Assembly: GCF_009914755.1 (NCBI RefSeq)
Contig: NC_060941.1
Reading direction: 5' to 3' (one strand)
DNA length: 64,000 nt
Source of the DNA: the human T2T-CHM13v2.0 reference genome, Homo sapiens
The first letter of the stretch is position 1, and each line of letters opens with the position of its first letter. Of the stretch, positions 1-26,325 are shown in pieces. A program made the position numbers and the translations under genes. The notes under the pieces are model-generated. The model did not search any database, was not told the DNA's origin, and worked only from the letters and a program-made list of their open reading frames with translations.

Positions 1-5604
<5,604 letters not shown>

Positions 5605-7603
5605 TCACTTTCTCCACTCAAAATTGGATCCTCCCCCCAGGTTTTTGGCCAGCTCAACAAGTGAATGATTTATGTATAATGAAAATTCATTGATACAGAA
5701 ATAATCGAATAATCATTTCCATTAAATATTTGTTATATGAAAAAGAAAGCTGGGTGGAGTAGAGTCTGCTTGTCATAAGGAATTTTTCTTCTCCAAATTA
5801 GTCTGTTGCCTGTATTCCCAGCACTGCCTAGCGTCTTGTTCACAGTAGGAAGATAATGAGCGATTGCTGAATGGATACGTTAAATACTTCTTCCTAAACC
5901 TTATGCTTTTTTAAGTTCTTCCCTGATCTTTTCTGTTTGTTTCCTTTGGAAAATCCAGTGTAAACCATTTGTTTCCTTTGGAAAAACCAATCCAATGTAA
6001 AATCCAGTCATGATCAAGTATACCTTTTAGTGGAATACAGCTTCAGAAGCAGCTGTGAAATGCACTGGTGAAAGGTGGAGAATAAATATATTTTCCAGAT
6101 GGATACTAGAATTTGCATTTTCAAGGATTTTAAAACCTTGGCTTTAGGATGTTGCATGTTTCTTTTCCCTCTTATTCTTCAACTTGGAAAAGTACTATTT
6201 TTGAGTACAGTTGTTTATAGTAGAGTTTATTATAGTTGTTTTAGCAGTTTTACCTTGTCTGATTGCTCACTGCTCTACACTCAGCATTTACTATGTTTAT
6301 TCCTTCAACAGATATTGCCTGTAATGGTTGCTCAATAAATGTGTTGACTAGTTGAATGGATTGTGTAAACACTTCAGATTTTGTTGCCATTATCAATAAG
6401 GAGAAAGTGGAAACACAGTTCAAATTAAGAAATGATTAAAACCCCAAGTTTAAGAGGCTAGTGAACCATTTCAGTTGACTGCTATGATGAAAAAGGATAA
6501 ATTTTACAATATAGAATAAATTAAATGTTATATTTTAAACTTTGTTGTGAAAACTTTGCAAAGCGTGCTTCAAGGAATTATATCCAGTATCTTTAATTTT
6601 TAAGACATAAAGTTCTTATACTTTCTTGTTTGGTATATTATTTATCTTTGAAATTGATATGGCTTATATATTGAACATGAGAACTAACGTTCTTACAGGA
6701 AATGCATTAACTTGAAAGAAGCCTGCTTTCAGAGAGAGTTGTAGATACCTGGAAACCGAGTAGTACAATTCCAGGGTGGTGGAATTCCCTTAGGAATTTA
6801 AATTGTGAGCATTTTGATTGGATAAGAAGGAATAAGGATTTTTCTTTTACATGTTTTCTTTGAGATGATGGCCCAATTCTCTACATGTCTCATTGCAAAA
6901 TAGTTCTATAGTTTTTTTTTAAATATAGCTCTCTATGTATTTATAGTAGGAAATTTAGAAGATGCAGAAAACATAAAGAAGATGTATGTATATATGAGTA
7001 TTTTATATACATTTTTGAACATAATTGATTCAATATAAGATTTTATAATCTGCTTTTCTCTTAAGATTATATACTTATCTATCACTTGAACTTTAATAAT
7101 TGGGTACAGAACATGGATTGTGGATTCTTCGAAATCCTTTGTTGGATTCAGATTTCTAAATTCAGTTTGCTCTGTATTTGATGATAGGAAATAAAATTTC
7201 TGGGTGTAAATAACAGTTTTTTTGCAAAGATGTTTATACTGAATTTTATTAATAAGGTATACACTGACTGTGTGTGCTATAGACATATATGTATTTTGAC
7301 TAGAATGGATTTATTGAAATAAAATACATTAAAATCATTGTAATGATACATTTCCTACCTCGTGGGAAACAGGGCCTTCATTTCTCCATCAGGGACCTCT
7401 GTTTGCTTATAGATGGCCACTAAAACTCCTTTTCAATTTGGTATATTTGGATTCTGCGTTTTATTTTATTCTAAGGAAAAGTTTTAAAAATATCACAAGT
7501 ATTCTAGATTTCTAAAATAAAATTGAATTCTTATTTGATTTAATAATACATACCTTTCATAAAAAGGAAGATTTTTATTTTTATTTATTTACCACTACTG
7601 GAT

Positions 7604-7822
7604 TTTTTTTAAAAAATTTCAACTTTAATTTTAGATTCAGGAGGTACATGTGCAGGTTTGTTACGTGTGTATATTTCATGATGCTGAGGTTTGGGGTACG
7701 ACTCATCTCATCACCCAGGTAGTAAGCATAGTACCCAATAGTTGTTTAACCTTTGCTCCCCACAGTAATTCCCAGTGTCTATTGTTGGCATTCTATATGT
7801 CCATGAGTGCCCAATGTTTAAT
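7604..7822 (-). mobile_element. L1 3'-end fragment (L1PA/PB-type)
   Basis: ttagattcaggaggtacatgtgcaggtttgttac... is the reverse complement of the L1 3' UTR. Confidence 0.85.
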
Positions 7823-9439
7823 TCCCAAAAAGGAGGCTTTCTATACATTTTAAAGTGGAGATTGAATCTATCTGGTAAAGATTAATTTCTCAGCAAAATT
7901 ATTGGATACCTGTGAGATCATAGAGATGTTACTTAATACAATCAACCATAAAAATTAGCAAATATGTGGCTATTGTTTAAGGTTTTTCCATAAGCATATG
8001 CAATACTTTTTGTTTCTCTTACTAAAACAATAACCTGATTTTTTTGGACACTTCAATAGCAGAGATAATATGTGAAGTAAGCCTGTAACTGTTACACAAC
8101 TTGAATTATGTCAAAATGAAGTGGTCTTTTTGAAAATTAAATCAAGAATTTCAACCAAGCCAACATGAAAGTATTCAAGTACTAGGTCTGCTGTTACCTC
8201 CATTCTTCAATGTCTAGTCCATTTGCCCAGTGTCTTGGACAAAGTCAGCATTCAATATATGCTTATTGATTTCTCTCTTGATAAATCAAGCTGCTGGGCC
8301 ATTAATGTGTGTTATGTATGAGGAAATTTTTCCAAAATCAAAAAAGAGTGTATCAATATAAAGGCAAGCTACAAAGTATAATAATTTAAGTATTCGTGGA
8401 TTCACAATGTAGACACATTCAGATGTTACTCTCATTCTAATGTACACGTGCATGCACACACACACACCCAGAAACATGCACTCAGATGTCTTTGCTTGGT
8501 GCCAGTGTGCAGGTGCTCCCTGCAGAGGGATCTTCTGCAGCCCCTGCTGCTCCACCTTCCCTGGGAGCCCTTTCTCCTGAGAATGCTTCTTTCGCTGGCC
8601 TTTATCTCATTGGAGTTAGTCTCAATGGTTAGCACTTGTTTTGCCTTGTAGAGTACAGACTGACTCCTGAGGAATTCCAGACCTGTAGCCTAGATTCCCC
8701 GTAGTTTACTGCTGCCTCCTGTCCACCTGCATATCCAGATATTATCTCCCTGATTACAGCCTCCCCGAAGCTGAGGTTCTTCCATTGTGAAGAGTCCTGA
8801 GCCAGAACTAGCAGTGCCCACTGGGGATTAGGGGACAGATGCCGAGGGGTCACACCTGAAGCCCATGGCAAACCTCCATAAGGAATACCTGGGATCAATT
8901 CTGGCAAATGGAAGGACTGTTTTGACTTTTTATTAAAAAAAAAAAAAAAAGCCACTTTCCCAGGGACACAAATGATGAACCCGTGGTGAAATCCAATTAC
9001 AACTTCCTTTTATATTATTACATAAGGGACAAATGTGAAGGGACATATTTCTCCCCAACCTAAACTCGTCACAAAGAGCAAGCAAGTGGGATTTCTAAAT
9101 AAAGGGGGTTTAAGCAAGAGATTTGGAGAAATCACACATTTGCTATAGATGTGGAAAGAATGTAGCAACCTAAGGCAGTCTCAGCTTGAGAGAAGCCATG
9201 ATCCATTTGTTTAATTTCTTGAGAGAATGAAAATCTGGTCAGTGGAAATGCCAGTGATTTTAGCCCCATATGGAGGTTTTTACCAAGGATTCCTTAAATC
9301 TATATTATAAGCATTTTGACTGAGCTGGTCTTGTTTGAATTATCAGTTATTATGTACTTACTACTTTTTGGACACTGGGCCAGCTGAATTACAGACATTA
9401 TTTTTTAACCTTCACGGCAAGCTCTTAAAGTGGTACTGG

Positions 9440-9756
9440 TTTTATTTGTTTGTTTGTTTGAAACAAGGTCTTGCTTGGTTGCCCTCACTCCGGCTGGAGT
9501 GCAGTGGTGTGATCATAGCTCTCTGAAACCTTGAACTCCTGAGCTTAAGCAATCCTCCTGCCTCAGCCTCCCAAGTAGCTAGGACTACAGGTGGGCACCA
9601 CAACACTGGCTATTTTTTTTTTTTAATTTTTTTGTAGAGATGGAGTCTTGTTATATCGCGTAAGCTGGTCTTGAACTTTAGGCCTCAAGTGATCCTTCTG
9701 CCTTGGCCTCCCAAAGCACTGGGATTACGGGCATGAGCCACCTCAAGGCGCCCAGC
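9440..9756 (-). mobile_element. Alu (AluJ-like)
   Basis: Alu dimer; flanking gtggtact repeats. Confidence 0.92.
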
Positions 9757-12704
9757 TTCAGGTGGTACTTTTATCCTATTTTACAGATGAGCAATCTGAG
9801 AGTCCAGATGTTAAGTGATTTATTTACGCCCATGCAGCTGGGAGGAGGCAGAGATAGGATTCGGGCCTGCAGTGCCTTCTATAGATACCACAACCTTGCT
9901 GCTGGCGGTGACAATAAAAAGGGCAGAGGATACTCTGACATCCCCTAGCTATGACACCTGACACTAGGCTTCTGCCCTGCACATCTAACAGGAGGTGCTC
10001 TTTTTTTTTTCTTTTCTTTTAAGCTTTCTCCTTGAATTTCTCAGTGTATGGGCTGAGACCTAGAGAATGACTTTTCATGGCTTATAAGCAACAACATGAC
10101 ACATGAAATTCTGTAAACACACAGGCAAATGCGGTTTTCATTTTAGCTTTGACCTGTAACTACATCTCCAGAGATCTTATAAAGCACAAGTTAAACTTGC
10201 ACTCCCCACACAAGAACTTGATGTTATGGTTGTTAACTATTATTCACTCCCAAGTGTCCCCCAAGACAGAGAGATTCCATTTTACTGCCATAGAAATGAA
10301 AACAGAAGCAAATAAAATGTCAAAAGAAATGTGCCAAGTTCAAAATTGTACCTCAGTGATTTGATCACATAATACGGGAATATGATTAAGTTGAATTTTT
10401 GAACTTGGAATTGATTTTGTGCTGAAAGGTACACTTTCCAACTCTAATGCCTATGGTAAAATTTAAATAATATTGCTCAATCTCTAAAAATTATGTTTAT
10501 ATATTATTTGTTTATGTTTCTATACATATAACATATTATCCTAGACTAAGCTTGTTAGGTAGGTACTACATCTAATTTATTTTTTATCCTGAGTCCTAGC
10601 CTAGTGTTTCGCTGAACTTTATCACTGCACTCCTTGAATGATTTCATTTGAAAGAAGTTAAGTCTTAATGTGTTTGAATGTGTCATTTGAAATTCATTTC
10701 ATTTGAAAATGACTGTGCCCTAATTTACTGGTATGCTTTGACCAATATTTATTCTGAATTCAGTTATGAATGGGGAGCAACTTCAGAAGTTGAAAAGGGA
10801 AATATTTCTTCTTCAGTGGCTTTTTTTTTTTAAGTGGGAGGCTAAGTTAAATAATCAAGACTCTGCTTTAGAGGTTTTAGAAGTGAAAATAATTTTCTTT
10901 GACAGCCACATTAATGTATAAGGCAGTGGTGATGTAAAAAACAATAAACAATCTTGGGCTTGTTGGCAGAGTGATTGCATAAGTTGAGGCAGAGAGGAAA
11001 ATGATTATAGCCAGGGCAAACTGTTCAAAAGAATTATATCTTCCATTTTTGTAGAGTTTAGGAAATGTTCAAAATAGAGAAAATTAGTTATGTGGTTTTT
11101 ACAAGTCTTTAGATTTTTATTGAGTAAATCATACCCTCATCTTTTCATGTCAGGTTGGTTTCTGTCCTGGTCTTTGCAGGGTTTTCTACCTGAGTTTTTT
11201 CCCGTAAGACAGACCTGTCATTTTCTGCAACTCGCTGATCCCTTGATCTGTAACATCTTTCACTTTGGATAACATTATAAAATCCTGTGAGTGACTGAGA
11301 GAATTTTGGGTTGCCTACATTTTATGTATTGTGCTTTTGAGATGAGGGTTAAACAAGGACCCTAAGGGGTATGAGTGAGATTGACTTCTGGGCTCCAGAG
11401 ATCAATGGTTCTTGAAAGCAGGGGAGAATTTTGAAAGTGGTAGGAGACAGGAAGATGATAAAATAATACCCTGATGAGAGGAATCTTGGAAATGAGCCTA
11501 GGGGAGAGAAAACAGAGATGTTTGAAAGAGAATTCAAAAATAAAAATCACTACTAATGCTTTAAGTTGGAATTGTTACTTGGGGGTCTAATCAGGTACCT
11601 GAGGCTGATCCTGATGCATGTGGATGAGAACAGAGTGTCTGAGGAGGTCACTGGCCATGTTTTGATTTTGTATCACTCCATGTCATTCTCCTTTTTAGAT
11701 GATTCAGAACTCTGGGTAGAAATAATCTCCAGAGCTCAGAAAAAATAGTTATTTCCATCCTAACCTCACCTCTAGGGGCTCTCTCTGAGTTTGATAGCTT
11801 CACTTCTGCACTGACAATTTCATATAAAATGAAAAAATACATTGATGATAATTCTAATGTGTGATAAAGACTTCTCTCTGGATCTGTTTACCTGTCAGAA
11901 ATAGGATTATGTCATTCTAGTTCTTAGCTCATATCAGAAATATAGATAGATACAAAGATTAATGCTTCACTTTCACACAGTAACTGCTGGCAGAACTGGA
12001 GGTAGAACTCCACCATCTGGTCCACATGTATGTAGCTCTCACTCACTTCTTTGAAAGATTGCTTGGAAGAAACTAGAGACAGACCAAAGAAGCAAGAGGA
12101 AGAAAAAATCTTCATTTTTCTGATCTAAAAATAACAATTCTACTTCTTTTAACAGGTAGTTAAAAGAGGACCATCCTAAATTAAGAATAACAATCCTACC
12201 TCTTTTAACACAGTGTCATCATTGCCATATAACAGTGGTCAGGCCTAATCAGTTACAAACCCATCTGCATAGGTTTCTTATTAATCAGATTCACAGTCTG
12301 GTATTTGCATGTCAAAGTTTCAGACTATTCTGGAATGTGACTCAGTAGGTGAAAAAGAATTCACTTTTAAATATTCTTAACATCTTTAAATGCAACTTAC
12401 TAGCTAGAGTGACTTGGAAGAAAATTAAGAAAAAAATGAGTGAAATCTCTTCACTTTGGAAAAGAAGGCAATGAGAATAGGTGAGAATACCTTTTCTGAC
12501 AAAAGTTGTACTGAATCAAGTCATGTGTGATGTTAGCCAGCAAAGCTGGACATTTGCCACAATTGGCTGTTGTGTCTGGCTGATGAAAATGACAATTAGA
12601 AAACAACAAAATAACTGCGGATAGGCAAGTGCCTATTTCAACTGTGAATCATGTATTGCTTTGTTATGTAATTAGTTGCTTATGAGGGTGTCCTGGTTTT
12701 AGAG

Positions 12705-13180
12705 AAACAGCGCTGAGGTTCAGTCTCGCTCTACTACTTGGTAACTGCTTGACTTTGGGAAAGTCTTTATCTCATGTCTTCATATGAGTCCTCATTTATC
12801 CTCATATGTAAAGTGGGGGTAACATAATAAGGCTGAACCTTATTATATATGCTATATAATAGCATATAAAATTGCTATTTCTGAAAGTCAGAAATTATCA
12901 TATATTGGAAAGCTTTAAAAAAATCTTTATTCTTTCAATTTAAAATAATGAATCAAGTGCCTGCTATGTGTTAGATATTATATTACATCTTAGGAATTCA
13001 AAGTGGTACCATTCACATCCTCAAAAATTCCCAACTCTTAGAAATTATCATATATTGGCAAGTTCATATGATTCAACCTAATAGCTTCTACCTCACAGGA
13101 TTATTGTGAGAATTAAATGAGAAATGCATGAAATGTTTGGCACACAGGCTCATAGTAAGTGCTCAATAAATGGTGGATAT
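12705..13180 (+). mobile_element. MIR interrupted by a ~250-bp insert
   Basis: MIR core cctcatatgtaaagtgggg (left) continues as ctacctcacaggattattgtgagaattaaatgag...gtgctcaataaatg (right). Confidence 0.65.
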
Positions 13181-13384
13181 TATTATTCTTAAATGAATCA
13201 TGTAATTATTTTCTATATAATAATCAAACTCAATCCCACTTATTTGCAACTTCTGTATCAAGTTTTAAGTCCAATCTATTTACTGGAATACAATGATTTA
13301 GCACACATTGATTTTTCCCATAAACATTCATATGCAATGATTGCTCACTAAAATGCAAAAAGGGTGAGGATACAATATGTGTTT

Positions 13385-13884
13385 TTATTGTTTTTGGATT
13401 TGGCTTCTTTCACTTAGCATGTTTTCGAAGTTCATCTCTGTTATAGCATGTATCAGTACTTCATTCCTTTTTATTGACGAATAAGATTCTATTGTGTGGA
13501 TATATTATATTTTGTTTATCCATTCATCGGTTGATGGACACTTGAGGTGTTTCGCTTTGGGGCTTTTATGAGTAATGCTGCTATGAACATTTGTGTATAA
13601 AAGGACACATCGTATTAACCTATTTATATGAAATGTCCAGAGTAGGCAAATCCGTAGAGACAGGAAGTAGATTAGTGGTTGTTAGGGGCTGGGAGGAAGG
13701 GAAAAGGCGGTGACTACTAATAGGTACAAGATTTCCTTTTGGGGTGATGAAGTGTTCTAAAACTAGATAGTGGTGATGGTTGCAAAACATTGTAAGCATA
13801 CTGAAGACCACTGAATTGTACGTTTTGTAAGGGTGAATTTCATGGTGTGTGAATTATATCTCAATAAATCTGTTATTAAAAAAA
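13385..13884 (+). mobile_element. L1MB-type 3' end with inverted 5' segment
   Basis: 13385-13598 reverse and 13599-13884 forward pieces of L1M 3' sequence ending in AATAAA...poly(A). Confidence 0.8.
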
Positions 13885-14278
13885 TGAGAGACATTTCATT
13901 AAAAATATATGTTCACCATATAAAGAAAGAGAGGACCTGATAGTATATGCAGCTTATTATCAAAAGGAGACACATTTTGCCTTGCGAAGGGTTTCAGTAA
14001 TGTTGTTTTTAATCTATTTCCATTTTAAGTATAGTGTACTTCACTCTTATTCTGCTCAGCATTTGTGATTGAATTTGACTCTCAAATTATTCAAAAAGCT
14101 GTGTTGAGTTTTAAAAGGCAGTGGAAGCAATGGGAAAAAGCAGATATAGCTCAAAGGTTGTAGAGTTGTACTGATGCTGAAAAATCAATAAGATTAACCC
14201 AGAAATTGGCTCAATAAGAAACCAGGGACTCCCAAAGGGGGTTTTACAATTCAGAAACAGGAAAAAATTAGAAAGTGG

Positions 14279-14284
14279 TTTATT
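14279..14284 (-). terminator. KRT20 polyadenylation signal AATAAA
   Basis: AATAAA ~385 nt after the stop codon, followed by U-rich sequence. Confidence 0.8.
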
Positions 14285-14669
14285 TGCAATTTACATGGAT
14301 TCCTCTACTTTGTGAGGTTTAGTATAATTGAAATGTATTGCAATTTTCAGGAACATTACCTACAAATTGATATTAGGTGGTCTACAGCTTGTAATTGATG
14401 TGCTTCATGATAAAGATGGCAGTAATGATGTTTTAAATATTCTAGTGCTCACTGGATTTCATTTTTGCAGGCAATTTGCAGCTCCTCTGAGTAAAACATT
14501 TATATTCAATTACAGAGTCTGATAAATAGGATTCCCGCCACCCCACCCCTTCTAATCACTGCAGAGTATTAATAGTGCTTTCTTATGGCTGATTTCTTGC
14601 AGGGAGCAAAGATAAGATTATAGCCAAATTTCTTTCAAAACCTCAGCAGCATCTCCTTCTGGTAGCTAT

Positions 14670-23500
<8,831 letters not shown>

Positions 23501-23579
23501 TGGAGATTCCAGGAGGGAGCACCTGTAGCTTCAGGATGGTTGGGGCAGAGTGTGTCTCATGGAGGGTGTTGAGCTAGCC

Positions 23580-23792
23580 TTTTATGAAGTCCACAGGCAA
23601 GAAACTCCTCCTCTGCTGACATGTCACTAGGATTGGCACCACAGTCCACCTTGCCTTACTTCCACGCCCCCCGCTTTGTATAGCAATATGTTAATATGCT
23701 TAATTCAATTCCAGAAAATACCACTAGAGGCATTTCTTGGAGGCTTTTATCAGGGGCAACTTTTTTTTTTTTTAATTAAACAGGTAATAAAA
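23580..23792 (-). promoter_or_regulatory. KRT20 proximal promoter: CATAAAA TATA-like box (23580-23586), KLF/SP site CCACGCCCC (23662-23670), CDX-type site GTAATAAAA (23784-23792)
   Basis: Motifs seen directly; KRT20 is a known CDX-regulated intestinal gene. Confidence 0.7.
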
Positions 23793-24353
23793 GGAAACAG
23801 GAAAGTGTATTCTTTTAGCCCATGCGCCTGCCTTGGCAGGTTTTTTTCATCCTAACATACACACAAACAATATTTACAATCCTCATGTATAATTTAGGTA
23901 TCTAAAAAGGCAGATGTGCCTACATAACTGAAAGTCACAATGGAGATAAAGGACAATGTTTGATTTGTATTGAGGAGTTGCTCTTCAGAACCTCTGTTTC
24001 ATGCTTTGCTTGTGTTTGGCTTTTAAGTTTATTGTGTTTTGGACATCTTATTTTATAAGACTATTAAAATATTTTGTACAAACACAAAACCTCGAATCCC
24101 TAAACCAGGAATGAAACCATTGTACATTTGGAGATGTAGTTTGGGGATGTGAATTAAATGAATTTAGCTGAGTGATGGATTAGATGATTTGGGAGGTTAT
24201 TTTCTTTCTATTTCTAATGTTCTATGACTAAATATTGCATTTTAGGTTTCCAGTCACCACCTGGCTTCAAGTCCTGTTACCAAGACACTTAGAATAAATC
24301 ACACAGTGCTTTGTACCTGGCATGGTATCAGGATGGGTCTCCTCTTTTGTATG

Positions 24354-24660
24354 AGGCCAGCTTAACACCCACCATGAGACAGACTCTGCCCCATCCATCC
24401 TGAAGCTACTTACAGGTGCTCCTTCTAAAGTCCCCAGTGGATTTCAGTTGCAGAAGCTTCCATGGAAGCCTGATCTTCCTTGTATGCCCCCATAATCACA
24501 GCGAGAGTGGCTGTTTATATAGGAAGGGGTGCAGGCGGGGACTTGGGACTACACTCAGCTTCCAGGGTTGGGCTGGAGGCAGCTGCTTGTGTGTGGACCT
24601 CTAGACACATGGGCATGATCTCATCGGTGGGAATCTGATTGTAAGCAACCAATAAATGCC
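24354..24660 (+). pseudogene. Inverted degenerate duplicate of KRT20 5' UTR + head-domain coding sequence (KRT20 exon 1 fragment)
   Basis: 24354-24473 is ~85% identical to the reverse complement of 23464-23580; ATG changed to GTG at 24437; translation VDFSCRSFHGSL...LGTTLSFQGWAGG vs K20 [12 protein letters not shown]...[13 protein letters not shown]. Confidence 0.9.
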
Positions 24661-25717
24661 TGAGTCACTTGCTTCCCTTCATTCAAACCCCCTGGCTGAG
24701 AATTCACACTTCCCATGAAGCATGTAAATCACTTCCTTAGTTAATTAGATAATCACTAATTAATATAATTAGATAATCAGTTAATCACTTCCAAGTTAAT
24801 TAGAAGGGATTGGAAAAGTCACTAAAAACATCTAATTAATTGTCATCCTGATACTTTAATGGAATTGAGATTTGTATATAATTAAGCAAGCAAGTAAATG
24901 CAAAAAAAATTGGAATTTAATTGTCTTATTTTAGTGGCTTATTTGTTGTTGCTGTTGTTCTGAAAGCCAGTCACTTAAAAAAAATTTTTTTTGAGTTTTT
25001 AGAAACCAGTGGCTTTTTTACTTTTGAGTTTAAATTTCTTTTACACACAACTTCCTTCTAAAATAAGGTCAGATCATATTATTTCTCTCTTATAAACAGT
25101 ATACTTTAAAATAATACATTGTGTTTGATTTTATCTTAGTTATATCACAGAAATAAAAATTGAGATAAAATGGAATCTATTTTATGCATTTTATGGTATA
25201 TGTGTGGGCAGCTCTTATATTTTTATCCATTCATGTATTCATCAGCCAATACTGAGTACTCACCACCAATGACTGGACTGGTAGCAAGAAGACCTTGCTA
25301 ACTTATTAGAGTTATAAATTACTTTGTTAATAGATGTCACAGCTAAACTCTGTAGCAGAGAAGAACTTTTTATAAACACATGAACTATGTTCTTTATACA
25401 TGTATTCAAAGATGAATTGTTTTTGGTGTTGATTAATGGGGTAGGAGGTTGTTAGATTAAAGTCATTGGAAAATTATACTATTTAAATTACACAAGTTTT
25501 ATAGTAAGTTGGTCTCAGCTAAGAGTTTCATATGCTAACACATGATCAAGGTGTGTAGAAGCATTATAAAATCAATAGTTAGCTTTATAATTAGAAAAGA
25601 ACATGAATGCAGTTGTTAAACATGATGATTTTTGTTCTCTTTTGTAGCACAATTCTTCCTTATGGCTGGACCTATTTATATCAAAGAGTTGAAAATCCCA
25701 TTTTTAGTTATTTTCCA

Positions 25718-26325
<608 letters not shown>

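Noticed and set aside
8432-8955. GC-rich unique block with ...TIETNSNEIKASERSILRR..., faintly like keratin exon 5
   Set aside because: No matching splice sites, exon size or neighbouring exons; similarity too weak to call a pseudogene
11760-12110. Minus-strand acceptor/donor-like pairs suggesting cryptic small exons
   Set aside because: No keratin homology or other support; such motifs are common by chance
23531-23560. Upstream ATG with 9-codon uORF before KRT20
   Set aside because: Only ~20 nt downstream of the TATA-like box, so probably at or upstream of the transcription start
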